From contig MCFE01000112.1 in NCBI GenBank assembly GCA_002104905.1, positions 1 to 64,000 of the forward strand: DNA of 64,000 nucleotides, given 5' to 3'. The DNA comes from Basidiobolus meristosporus CBS 931.73 (Eukaryota > Fungi > Basidiobolomycota). This document shows, piece after piece, positions 12,793 to 24,149 of the stretch. The translations under genes and the position numbers were made by a program. The notes beneath the pieces are model-generated. The model had not been told where the DNA came from, did no database searches, and saw nothing but the letters and a program-made list of their open reading frames with translations. The stretch's first letter is position 1. Each line of letters begins with the position of its first letter.

Positions 12793-13512
12793 CCCAACGA
12801 CTGCACTTGAGCCCAAATGCAATAAAGTTCCATTATTCATTTTATTTTTCGCCTCATACGTGAGCAGAAATATAGCCATTAACAGCATGGGAGCAAAGAG
12901 CGTTTGACAAACTTAAAACCAAGCCAATTTCCACACTTCACTCTGATGATCCGAAGTCCAGTCACCAATTCAGGAGAAGGGTAGGAAACGTCTTGAAGTA
13001 CTGCTTGAAGGTAGTGAGTGGCTTATTTAATATGCTCAGCGAGGGCTTAGTCAACATGGATATCGGACATCCTAGAGTGTATCGCTATGTCAAAAAGTCC
13101 AACTATTGCTCACCACCATTACCAGAAAACATGGTATCCTGAGTGCACATATAATATGCACCACTAATTATAATGAAGAAAATTAGTGCTTGATATTCGC
13201 AATTCAGAGGGGACACAACCAAAATAATTCACACTGTCATGTGAGGAGTTGTTAGATGTTCTGAGCATAATGGTTTTAACGTCTAATATGCCTGACTGAA
13301 AGGCACTGCGTATCCATATCTATGTTTGGTTATTTCGGTTGATGCTCATTCCACTCATCCCTGTGTTCACATCTACGCTGTTTCTTCCGGATATCAGTTG
13401 GTGTAATCTTATTTGCAGAAGAAATGTGCGTGTTTTATAGCATGCAGAAATAGCGATTATATGATAGGATTTATTATGAATGCCAAACCAATGTTTACAT
13501 GATCCGATTGAG

Positions 13513-13947
13513 TCAAAAGCGGCCGCTGTATCTACTTCTACGGTAGCGTCGTTGACAACGTTTGCACGATGGCTGATCGTCGTCGTCACTCGAGTCTTGA
13601 GTATCATCCTCATCGGGGGTAATTGATTGTACATATGTCGGTGCAGATGGTTGGTACAATGTTTGATCTACTTGCTGCACCTGGTCGTACTGATTCTGGT
13701 TGGAAAGTGCCTGAGCGTTCTGTGCAGAATGAGTCTGAGCGTTGTCCAACAATGGATAGGCATTCGGGGACTCTAGTTGATAGTATGTTGGTGCATATGA
13801 CACTAATGGTTCATTGTCGGCATTGCCGCCAAAGTCCACTGGGACACCCTGGTCTACTTGCTGGTTGTCATATGTTGCAATGGGCGATGCATAAGATGCA
13901 CCGAATAGGAATAATAAGGCGGATAGAATGCGGAAAGTGCGTTGCAT
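13513..13947 (-). CDS. Secreted protein, family B (144 aa from ATG of MQRTF)
   Basis: The ORF-track start is a TTG; the first ATG at 13947 gives signal peptide MQRTFRILSALLFLFGASYA-SP; Q/N/Y-rich core, Asp tract, basic tail CKRCQRRYRRSRY. Confidence 0.88.
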   Translation of the reverse strand: MQRTFRILSALLFLFGASYASPIATYDNQQVDQGVPVDFGGNADNEPLVSYAPTYYQLESPNAYPLLDNAQTHSAQNAQALSNQNQYDQVQQVDQTLYQPSAPTYVQSITPDEDDTQDSSDDDDQPSCKRCQRRYRRSRYSGRF

Positions 13948-14689
13948 GTTGGCTCCTGATGACACACTGGAAGGCAAACAGTTGCTTTTATGTATGGTTT
14001 GCTAGATTCATCAGCGATCATCAGCAACCAAACCCAGTTTACTAAATTATGCAGCAAAGGTGAGTAAAGTTAATCAGCATTTCACTTTCATTGCAATCAT
14101 CAGTGAATAGGTGTTGATTAACACCGTAATCCCGGCGACCAATCACTTCAGTACATCAAGAAAAATAAATAAACATTCGTCTTCAATTCTGGGCTTGCTA
14201 TACCACTTTGGAATGACAAACGCGGTAGTGAAGGGACAAACTAAAATGACTCATACTACGCCTTTTCAAGCTATGGCTTGAAGTGAGCACACAGGAATCG
14301 CGTCGTTCTTGCGTAGTTCTCGATTTCATCGTCGAAGGCCACCAAACTACTCTGATTATATAGTACCCTGCAGCTATTTTTATGAGTATGTTGGGATTAT
14401 GAACGAATTAACATCTTCACCGGCCATCAGTCGATAGTATACTGAACTATATTTACGATTTAGCATTATGCATTGCATCGACCACCTCAAGTCCGCTTAG
14501 CAAAAATGTAACTCGCCATCACTTTGCTGGCTTCATATATCACCTCTATCCAAGCGATCTCTATTGCAGCAGATGAACCTAGAGTTGCATTGATTTGAGA
14601 TCGTAGATTCATAGGGATAGTGATTGCTAAGGGTATTAATGTGTACCTATCACTATGACTATCAGCATGTGGCTTTCCAAATCTTCAAT

Positions 14690-14990
14690 GATGTAGCTAC
14701 TTTTTCTTTTGGCCATCGTTGTTGCTCCAATTCCACGCTCCAAATCATTATCGTAGTTCGTCATGCTCCGATTGAGCAAGTAACTGCCACCAGCAAGCCC
14801 GAGTTCTGCCAACTGTAGAGACTTCGAATGTCTAAGTAGGATTGTACGTTGAAGGATGCGTTGATCAGGATATACAGTACACTGAGCCCATGGAAGTTGC
14901 TCAGTTTGGCAATGACTGCGCTAATCAGGACTTACTGTATGCTGACTTTATGGACGACACTCAACGTACCGACAACTGCACTTAATTCAA
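14690..14990 (+). pseudogene. Family A remnant inside the B-C divergent spacer
   Basis: gttgctccaattccacgctcc...gaaggatgcg...actgagcccatggaag matches A with large deletions; equivalent remnants at about 18490-18880, 22120-22460, 26770-26950 and 31140-31320. Confidence 0.7.
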
Positions 14991-15202
14991 TAAATCTCGA
15001 TTATCCATATCATTTGCTCTTAACGCCAATCTAACTTGATTGCTAATAGCTAAACCAGGTAGTTAGTTGATGGGCAACAAAAGAAGGACACAGCATGTGA
15101 ATTCCTGGCCTCAAGTGAGTCAGATACAGGGTGTAGTATAGTAGACTATGCAAAATACCACTATAAAGTGAGCTTACGACTGGTTTTACGATATTCATCA
15201 AA

Positions 15203-15757
15203 ATGCAGCTTACTCTCACTTTGTTTGCTTTGTACCTTGCTTCTGTCCATGCATTCCCTGCCACAGAGGATACCTCTTCTCAGGTTAGCTACGGTGACAA
15301 TTTGTGCGGGGAGCAAGTAAGTCCTTGCTACCTAGAAACTCAATCGCCTGCAGATGACTACCAGCCGGAACAGGACGAGGGTGATCACTATATGGATGGG
15401 AATGGGGGTGAAGATGAAGGCGAAGGTGAAGATTCAATGGATGGCACTACAACTCAGCCAGAATCATCCTACGAGATACCCAACTTCAATATAGCCGACC
15501 TGCAACCAAGACAGGCCTTGTTGGACAGAGTGAACGCTCACTCATCCAGTGATGCTGATGCTCTGTCGAACTCTAATCAGTTTGACCAAGCGCAGGTTAT
15601 CGACCAAACCCTCTATCAGCCTAAGCAGCAACAGCCGCGGATCATCATCACTCAGCCAGCCGCCCGTAGCTATGGTGGAGGCCAGAAGAAGTACAAGAGG
15701 TCGGCACATAGGTACTTCAAGATCAGATATTTCAGCGGGAATCGATACATTGATTAA
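15203..15757 (+). CDS. Secreted protein, family C (184 aa)
   Basis: Signal peptide MQLTLTLFALYLASVHA-FP, Cys pair, D/E tract, ALSNSNQFDQAQVIDQTLYQP, basic aromatic tail; TATAAA at 15162 and aataaa right after the stop. Confidence 0.88.
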   Translation: MQLTLTLFALYLASVHAFPATEDTSSQVSYGDNLCGEQVSPCYLETQSPADDYQPEQDEGDHYMDGNGGEDEGEGEDSMDGTTTQPESSYEIPNFNIADLQPRQALLDRVNAHSSSDADALSNSNQFDQAQVIDQTLYQPKQQQPRIIITQPAARSYGGGQKKYKRSAHRYFKIRYFSGNRYID

Positions 15758-16101
15758 ATAAACATGTCATTTGGCCACCCTATATTAATATGAAACATCA
15801 TCAGCCGTAATTCGTGAATTACCACACTACTGCTGAAATATCAAAAGCATAGGTGTATATATTAGGGTATATATTGGTGTACTTATCAGTGTATTTATCG
15901 TACTGTAACCAAATAAACTACGCGATATCAATGCGATTGAGCCGATGATGGTAGAGCAAATACTGCTTTTCAATCTGATAAAGTGTGAGTTCATCAAAGT
16001 TAACTAACTATTGCTGCCATCAGTGTTGTAATCATGTTATAGTGGTTCCCATGCTATATATTCCCCAGTGTACTTAGCAATGAACTCAGTAGTTCTCAAA
16101 G

Positions 16102-16680
16102 ATGCGTGCATTCATTGTATCATTGATCTTGGGCCTTGCCTCTCTTCAAGCCACCATTTCTGCTCCAGTCCCATGCTCCGAATCATGCAACCGTGAGCAT
16201 AGAAGAGTCCGTTATCGCAGGTATTCATGCTCGGACCAAGCGAGCGACTGCTACCAGCAAGTCCAGGTTCAGCCCACTGTTGAAACGCCAAACGTCCAAG
16301 CGCCATTGTTGCGTCAGGTGTTCACCACCGTGACCAGAAAGCATGACAATCTGAACACTGCCAACGCCAACAGTGACAAGAGTCTCGATGTTCAGTTTCA
16401 GGCAGGCCCTAGCCTCGAAGTAGAAGGTTCAGCCAGCGCATCCGAGTACGCCAAACAGAAGGGTGCTGAGCACTCAGATGATGGCTCTGACTACCCCACT
16501 GTTATGATTCAGCCTGCGCAAGATGAGACATACTCCACACCAGTAGTGGACACCCAATGCATCGAAGGATGCTCTGACCAAGATACACAGTACACTGAGC
16601 CCATGGAAGATGTTCAATGTGGCGATAACTGTGCTGATCAGGGCTCACAGTATACCGAGCCCATGGGAGACACTCAATGA
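16102..16680 (+). CDS. Secreted protein, family A (192 aa)
   Basis: Intact paralog of 12214..12792. Confidence 0.88.
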   Translation: MRAFIVSLILGLASLQATISAPVPCSESCNREHRRVRYRRYSCSDQASDCYQQVQVQPTVETPNVQAPLLRQVFTTVTRKHDNLNTANANSDKSLDVQFQAGPSLEVEGSASASEYAKQKGAEHSDDGSDYPTVMIQPAQDETYSTPVVDTQCIEGCSDQDTQYTEPMEDVQCGDNCADQGSQYTEPMGDTQ

Positions 16681-17373
16681 ACCAACGACTGCACTTGAGC
16701 CCAAATCCAATAAAATTTCATTATTCATGTTATTTTTCGCCTCGTATGGGATAGCAGAAATATAGCCGTTACCATCAAGAAAATAAGGGTATTTTACAAA
16801 CTCAACACCATGCCAATTTCCGCACTTCCCTCTGATAACCCGAAGTCCAGCGACTAATCCAGGAAAAGGGTAAGAAACGTCTTGAAGTACTGCTTGAAGG
16901 TCATGGGTAGCTTGTTCAATAGGTTTTATGTGGGTTTAGTCAATATGGAAATCGGGTCTCCTTGAGCATATCACCATTCCAAGAAGTTCTAGCATGAGTC
17001 CGCTATTATAGAGGGTAGGATACATGATAAATAAGGAGAATTCGGTGTGTGTCAAATCCAATAGTCTGGCGCTTTTGACTTATACTCACTGGTACCAGCA
17101 GAGTGAGAAAGTACCAAAGCCCAACTATTGCTTACTACCATTACCAGCACATAACTAATACGCACTACAGACGAATGGTTCTTATTGTAATTGAGAAAAT
17201 TGGTGCTTGATCGGCTCTTTCCCTTACATTAATATCGGTTAAATACTCGCCGTTGTTCCACCCATCCCTGTGGTCATGTCTCTTTTGTGACTTTTTTTCC
17301 TAGTATTAATTGTCAGAAACTGGAGTGATGTCGGTTATATATTACATTATCTTATTTATTAAACCTATTCATA

Positions 17374-17808
17374 TCAATAGCTGTCTCTGAATCTACGTCT
17401 ACGGTAGCGTTGTTGACAACGTTTACACGATGGTTGATCGTCGTCGTCACTCGAGTCTTCAGTGTCATCCTCGTTGGGTGTAATTGATTGCACATATGTC
17501 GGCGCAGATGGTTGGTACAATGTCTGATCAACTTGCTGCACCTGCTCGTATTGATTCTGGTTGGAAAGTGCCTGAGCGTTCTGTGCGGAATTCATCTTCA
17601 AATTGTCCAACAATGGATAGGTGTCTGGAGACTCTAGTTGATAGTATGTTGGTGCATATGACACTAATGGTTCATTGTCGGCATTGCCGCCAAAGTCCAC
17701 TGGGATACCCTGGTCTACTTGCTGGTTGTCATACGTTGCAATGGGCGATGCATAAGATACACTGAATAGCAATACAAAGGCGGATAGGATGCGTAAAGTG
17801 CGTTGCAT
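17374..17808 (-). CDS. Secreted protein, family B (144 aa)
   Basis: Intact paralog from ATG at 17808; variant tail RRRRFRDSY. Confidence 0.87.
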   Translation of the reverse strand: MQRTLRILSAFVLLFSVSYASPIATYDNQQVDQGIPVDFGGNADNEPLVSYAPTYYQLESPDTYPLLDNLKMNSAQNAQALSNQNQYEQVQQVDQTLYQPSAPTYVQSITPNEDDTEDSSDDDDQPSCKRCQQRYRRRRFRDSY

Positions 17809-18489
17809 GTTGGCGCTTGATGACACACTGGAAGGTAAACAGTTGCTTTTATGTATGGTTTGCTAGATTCATCAGCGATCATCAGCAACCAAACCCCGTT
17901 TACTAAATTATGAAGCAAAGGTGAGTAAAGTTAATCAGCATTTCACTTTCATTGCACTGATCAGTGAGTAAGAGTTGATTAACATCGTAATCCAGGCGAC
18001 CAATCACTTCAGTACATGAAGAAAAATAAATAAACATTTGTCTTCAATTCTGGGCTTGGCATACCATTTTGGAATGACATACGCGGTAGTGAAGGGACTC
18101 GCCAAAATGACTCATACTACGCCTTTTCAAGCTATGGCTTGAAGTGAGCACACAGGAATGGCTTCATTCTTACGTAGTTCTTGATTTCATAGTCGTAGAA
18201 CGCCAGGCTACTCTGGTTTTATAACAACCTGTAACAATCTTTGTGAGTGTTATGGGATCATGACTGAATTAATATCTTCACCAGCCTTCAGTCGAAAGTA
18301 TACTGAGTTGAATTTACGATGTAGCATTATGCATTGCACCAATTAGCTTAGCTTAGCTTAGCAAAAATGTAACTCACCATCACCTCTGTCCAAGTGATCT
18401 TCCAGTGTAGCAGACGAATCTTCGAGTTGTGTTGATCTGAAACTGAAGAGCCGTAAGAATAGTGATTGTTAAGGGTATTAATGTGTATT

Positions 18490-18930
18490 TATCACAGCAC
18501 TTCAACTGCTAGTTTCTAATGCCCCGACCGAGCAAGTGACTGTTAACAGCAAGTCCAAGTTCTGCATACTATTGAAACGTCGAATATCCAAGTGCCATTA
18601 TTATGTCAAGTGTTCACCACTGTTACCAAAAAACATGGCAATCTGAGCACTGCTAACGCTAATAGGGAAAAGAGTCTTAATGCCAAGCTGGCCCCAGCCT
18701 CGAAGTAGAAGGTTCAGCCAGCGCATCCGAGTACGCCAAACTGAAGAGTGCTGAGCAATCAGACGATGGCTCTAATTTCCCATTGTTGTGACTTAGCCTG
18801 CACAATATGAGACATACACTACACCAGTAGTAGGCACCCAATGCGTTGAAGAATGCGCTGATCAAGATACTGAAAGGAATACAAGAGATCGGCTCGGATA
18901 TTATAGTGGAAATAGACACAATGAACATCA
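18490..18930 (+). pseudogene. Fused A remnant and C 3' remnant (C gene lost from this unit)
   Basis: A-like sequence with stops to about 18875, then aatacaagagatcggct...agtggaaatagacac matching the C tail, then the A promoter. Confidence 0.65.
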
Positions 18931-19217
18931 TTTCACTTGACCACCTTATATTAAAATGAAACATCAGCATTGATTCGTAAATCACTATACTACAGCTGGA
19001 ATATCAAAAGCATATGTGCATTTATTGGTGTATTTATCAGTGTATTTATCCTCCTGTAATCATGCAAACTACGCGATGATGGTAGACAGAATGCAAATTT
19101 TCAATCTGATCAAAGTTAACTAACTATTGCTGCCATCAATGTTAAAACCATATTATACTGGCTCCCATGCTATATATTCCAGAGTGAATTCAGCAATGAA
19201 CTCAGTAGTTCTTACAG

Positions 19218-19796
19218 ATGCGTACATTCATTGTATCCTTGATCTTGGGCCTTGCCTCTCTTCAAGCCGCCGTTGCTGCTCCAGTCCCATGCTCCGAATC
19301 ATGCAACCGTGAGCATAGAAGAGTCCGTTATCGCAGGTATTCATGCTCGGACCAAGAAAGCAACTGCTACCAGCAATCCCAGGTTCAGCCCACTGTTGAA
19401 ACGTCAAACGTTCAAGTGCCACTGTTGCGTCAGGTGTTCACCACCGTGACCAGAAAGCATGACAATCTGAACACTGCCAACGCCAACAAGGACAAGAGTC
19501 TCGATGTTCAGTTTCAAGCAGGCCCTAGCCTTGAAGTAGAAGGCTCAGCCAGCGCATCCGAGTACGCCAAACAGAAGGGTGCTGAACACTCAGACGATGG
19601 CTCTGGTTACCCCATTGTTATGATTCAGCCTGCACAAGATGAGACATACTCCACACCAGTAGTAGACACCCAATGCATCGAAGGATGCTCTGACCAAGAT
19701 ACACAGTACTCTGAGCCCATGGAAGATGTTCAATGTGGCGATGACTGTGCTAATCAGGACCCACAGTATACTGAGCCCATGGAAGACACTCAATGA
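19218..19796 (+). CDS. Secreted protein, family A (192 aa)
   Basis: Intact paralog. Confidence 0.88.
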   Translation: MRTFIVSLILGLASLQAAVAAPVPCSESCNREHRRVRYRRYSCSDQESNCYQQSQVQPTVETSNVQVPLLRQVFTTVTRKHDNLNTANANKDKSLDVQFQAGPSLEVEGSASASEYAKQKGAEHSDDGSGYPIVMIQPAQDETYSTPVVDTQCIEGCSDQDTQYSEPMEDVQCGDDCANQDPQYTEPMEDTQ

Positions 19797-20329
19797 ACCA
19801 ACGACTGCACTTGAGCCCAAATCTAATAAAGTTCCATTATTCATTTTATTTTTCGTCTCATATGTGATAGCAGAGATGTAGCCATTACCAGCATGGGAAC
19901 AAGAGCATTTGACAAACTCAACACCACGCCAATCTCCATACTTCCCTCTGATGACCCGAAGTCCAGCTACCAATTCAGGAGAAGAGTAAGAAGCTGGTAA
20001 AGCTTGGCTATGCACGTGTTTAAGTACTGCTTGGAGGTATTGGGTGGCTTAATTAATAAGCTCAACCCGGGCCGAGTCAATATGGACATCGGGCATCCTA
20101 GAGTGTATCGTTATCTCAAGAAGTCCAACTATTACTTACTACCATTGCCAGAAAACATAGTATCCTGAGCGCACATATAACATGCACCACAGACGAGTGA
20201 TTCTTGATATAATTGAGAAAATTAGCGCTTGATCGGCTCTTTCCCTTACTTCAATCTCTGTTGATACTCGTTTGTTCCACCCATCCCTGTGGGCATATCT
20301 CTTATGTAGCTTTTTTTCCTAGTGTCCAT

Positions 20330-20510
20330 ATTTGAAAGCTTGTTTACAGAAGAACTGTGTGTACTTGATAGCTTACATGAATAGGGAAACTGGTGTGACA
20401 TCGATGGTTCAGTCACAGTGCTGCCACCAAAGTCCACTGGGGCCTACTTGTTGGTTGCCATATGTAGCAATGGGTGATGCATAGGATACACTGAATAGGA
20501 ATACAAAGTT
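20330..20510 (-). pseudogene. Family B' remnant
   Basis: gatggttcagtcacagtgctgccaccaaagtccact...gggtgatgcataggatacactgaatagg matches the B/B' 5' part, with deletions. Confidence 0.6.
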
Positions 20511-20956
20511 TAGTTTACTATATTATTGAACTAACTTGAGTAAAATCAATCCTATGTTGAAAGCTATTCTATGCGGCCAATCATCAATCAATCCACAACT
20601 ACTCACCACTATTCCATTTTAGTAACTTGTTCGTTATTATTCGCAATTCAGAGGGGACACAACCAAAATAATTCACACTGTCATGTGAGGAGTTGTTAGA
20701 TGTCCTGAGCATAATGGTTTTAACGTCTAATATGCCTGACTGAAAGGCACTGCGTATCCATATCTATGTTTGGTTATTTCGGTTGATGCTCATTCCACTC
20801 ATCCCTGTGGTCACATCTACGCTGTTTCTTCCTGATATCAGTTGGTGTAATCTTATTTGCTGAAGAAATATGCGTGTTTTATAGCATGCACAAATAGCGA
20901 TTATATGATAGGATTTATTATGAATGCCAAACCAATGTTTACATGATCCGATTGAG

Positions 20957-21391
20957 TCAAAAGCGGCCGCTGTATCTACTTCTACGGTAGCGTCGTTGAC
21001 AACGTTTGCACGATGACTGATCGTCGTCGTCACTCGAGTCTTGAGTATCATCCTCATCGGGAGTAATTGATTGTACATATGTCGGTGCAGATGGTTGGTA
21101 CAATGTTTGATCTACTTGCTGCACTTGCTCATATTGATTCTGGTTGGAAAGTGCCTGAGCGTTCTGTGCAGAATGAGTCTGAGCGTTGTCCAACAATGGA
21201 TAGGCATTCGAGGACTCTAGTTGATAGTATGTTGGTGCATATGACACTAATGGTTCATTGTCGGCATTGCCGCCAAAGTCCACTGGGACACCCTGGTCTA
21301 CTTGCTGGTTATCATATGTTGCAATGGGTGATGCATAAGATGCACCGAATAGGAATACTAAGGCGGATAGAATGCGGAAAGTGCGTTGCAT
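20957..21391 (-). CDS. Secreted protein, family B (144 aa)
   Basis: Intact paralog from ATG at 21391, nearly identical to 13513..13947. Confidence 0.88.
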   Translation of the reverse strand: MQRTFRILSALVFLFGASYASPIATYDNQQVDQGVPVDFGGNADNEPLVSYAPTYYQLESSNAYPLLDNAQTHSAQNAQALSNQNQYEQVQQVDQTLYQPSAPTYVQSITPDEDDTQDSSDDDDQSSCKRCQRRYRRSRYSGRF

Positions 21392-22671
21392 GCTGGCTCC
21401 TGATGACACACTGGAAGGCAAACAGTTGCTTTTATGTATGGTTTGCTAGATTCATCAGCGATCATCAGCAACCAAACCCAGTTTACTAAATTATGCAGCA
21501 AAGGTGAGTAAAGTTAATCAGAATTTCACTTTCATTGCAATGATCAGTGAATAGGTGTTGATTAACACCGTAATCCCGGCGACCAATCACTTCAGTACAT
21601 CAAGAAAAATAAATAAACATTCGTCTTCAATTCTGGGCTTGCTATACCACTTTGGAATGACAAACGCGGTAGTGAAGGGACAAACTAAAATGACTCATAC
21701 TACGCCTTTTCAAGCTATGGCTTGAAGTGAGCACACAGGAATCGCGTCGTTCTTGCGTAGTTCTCGATTTCATCGTCGAAGGCCACCAAACTACTCTGAT
21801 TATATAGTACCCTGCAGCTATTTTTATGAGTATGTTGGGATTATGAACGAATTAACATCTTCACCGGCCATCAGTCGATAGTATACTGAACTATATTTAC
21901 GATTTAGCATTATGCATTGCATCGACCACCTCAAGTCCGCTTAGCAAAAATGTAACTCGCCATCACTTTGCTGGCTTCATATATCACCTCTATCCAAGCG
22001 ATCTCTATTGCAGCAGATGAACCTAGAGTTGCATTGATTTGAGATCGTAGATTCATAGGGATAGTGATTGCTAAGGGTATTATTGTGTACCTATCACTAT
22101 GACTATCAGCATGTGGCTTTCCAAATCTTCAATGATGTAGCTACTTTTTCTTTTGGCCATCGTTGTTGCTCCAATTCCACGCTCCGAATCATGCAATCGC
22201 AACCATAAAAGAGTGCATTATCGTAGTTTGTCATGCTCCGATCGAGCAAGTAACTGCCACCAGCAAGCCCGAGTTCTGCCAACTGTAGAGACTTCGAATG
22301 CCCAAGTACGATTGTACGTTGAAGGATGCGTTATCAGGATATACAAAACACTGAGCCCATGGAAGTTGCTCAGTTTGGCAATGACTGTGCTAATCAGGAC
22401 TTACTGTATGCTGACTTTATGGACGACACTCAACGTACCGACAACTGCACTTAATTCAATAAATCTCGATTATCCATATCATTTGCTCTTAACGCCAATC
22501 TAACTTGATTGCTAATAGCTAAACCAGGTAGTTAGTTGATGGGCAACAAAAGCAGGACATAGCATGTGAATTCCTGGCCTCAAGTGAGTCAGATACAGGG
22601 TGTAGTATAGTAGACTATGCCAAATACCACTATAAAGTGAGCTTACGACTAGTTTTACGCTATTCATCAAA

Positions 22672-23226
22672 ATGCAGCTTACTCTCACTTTACTCGCTTT
22701 GTACTTTGCTTCTATCCATGCATTCCCTGCCACAGAAGATATCTCTTCTCCGGTTAGCTACGGTGACAATTTGTGCGGGGAGCAAGTAAGTCCTTGCTAC
22801 CTAGAAACTCAATCGCCTGCAGATGACTATCAGCCGGAAAAGGATGAGGGTGATGGCTATATGGATGAGAATGAGGGTGAAGATGAAGGCGAAGGTGAAG
22901 ATTCAATGGATGGCACTACAACTCAGCCAGAATCATCCTACGAGATGCCCAACTTCAATATAGCCGACCTGCAACCAAGACAGGCCTTATTGGACAGAGT
23001 GAACGCTCACTCATCCAGTGATGCTGATGCTCTGTCCAACTCTAATCAGTTTGACCAAGCGCAGATTATCGACCAAACCCTCTATCAGCCTAAGCAGCAA
23101 CAGCCGCGGATCATCATCACTCAGCCAGCCGCCCGTAGCTATGGTGGAGGCCAGAAGAAGTACAAGAGGTCGGCACATAAGTACTTCAAGATCAGATATT
23201 TCAGTGGGAATCGATACATTGATTAA
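22672..23226 (+). CDS. Secreted protein, family C (184 aa)
   Basis: Intact paralog, nearly identical to 15203..15757. Confidence 0.88.
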   Translation: MQLTLTLLALYFASIHAFPATEDISSPVSYGDNLCGEQVSPCYLETQSPADDYQPEKDEGDGYMDENEGEDEGEGEDSMDGTTTQPESSYEMPNFNIADLQPRQALLDRVNAHSSSDADALSNSNQFDQAQIIDQTLYQPKQQQPRIIITQPAARSYGGGQKKYKRSAHKYFKIRYFSGNRYID

Positions 23227-23570
23227 ATAAACATTTCATTTGGCCACCCTATATTAATATGAAACATCATCAGCCGTGCTTCGTGAATTACCACACTACT
23301 GCTGAAATATCAAAAGCATATGCGTATATATTAGGGTATATATTGGTGTACTTATCAGTGTATTTATCGTGTTGTAACCAAATAAAGTACGCGATATCAA
23401 TGCGATTGAGCCGATGATGGTAGAGCGAATGCTGCTTTTCAATCTGATAAAGTGTGAGTTCATCCAAGTTAACTAACTATTGCTACCATCAACGTTGTAA
23501 CCATGTTATACTGGTTTCCATGCTATATATTCCCGAGTGTACTTGGCAATGAACTCAGCAGTTCTCAAAG

Positions 23571-24149
23571 ATGCGTACATTCATTGTATCCTTGATCTTG
23601 GGCCTTGCCTCTCTTCAAGCCGCCATTGCTGCTCCAGTCCCATGCTCCGAATCATGCAACCGTGAGCATAGAAGAGTACGTTATCGCAGGTATTCATGCT
23701 CGGACCAAGCGAGCGACTGCTACCAGCAAGTCCAGGTTCAGCCCACTGTTGAAACGCCAAACGTCCAAGCGCCATTGTTGCGTCAGGTGTTCACCACCGT
23801 GACCAGAAAGCATGACAATCTGAACACTGCCAACGCCAATAGTGACAAGAGTCTCGATGTTCAGTTTCAAGCAGGCCCTAGCCTCGAAGTAGAAGGCTCA
23901 GCCAGCGCATCCGAGTACACCAAACAGAAGGGTGCTGAACACTCAGACGATGGCTCTGGTTACCCCATTGTTATAGTTCAGCCTGCGCAAGATGAGACAT
24001 ACTCCACACCAGTAGTGGACACCCAATGCATCGAAGGATGCTCTGACCAAGATACACAGTACACTGAGCCCATGGTAGATGTTCAATGTGGCGATGACTG
24101 TGCTAATCAGGACTCACAGTATACTGAGCCCATGGAAGACACTCAATGA
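23571..24149 (+). CDS. Secreted protein, family A (192 aa)
   Basis: Intact paralog. Confidence 0.88.
   Translation: MRTFIVSLILGLASLQAAIAAPVPCSESCNREHRRVRYRRYSCSDQASDCYQQVQVQPTVETPNVQAPLLRQVFTTVTRKHDNLNTANANSDKSLDVQFQAGPSLEVEGSASASEYTKQKGAEHSDDGSGYPIVIVQPAQDETYSTPVVDTQCIEGCSDQDTQYTEPMVDVQCGDDCANQDSQYTEPMEDTQ

Noticed and set aside
15058-15073. AACTAACTA-like motif shared by C (reverse) and A upstream regions
   Set aside because: It is absent upstream of C copies 27134 and 31502, so it is not consistently conserved.
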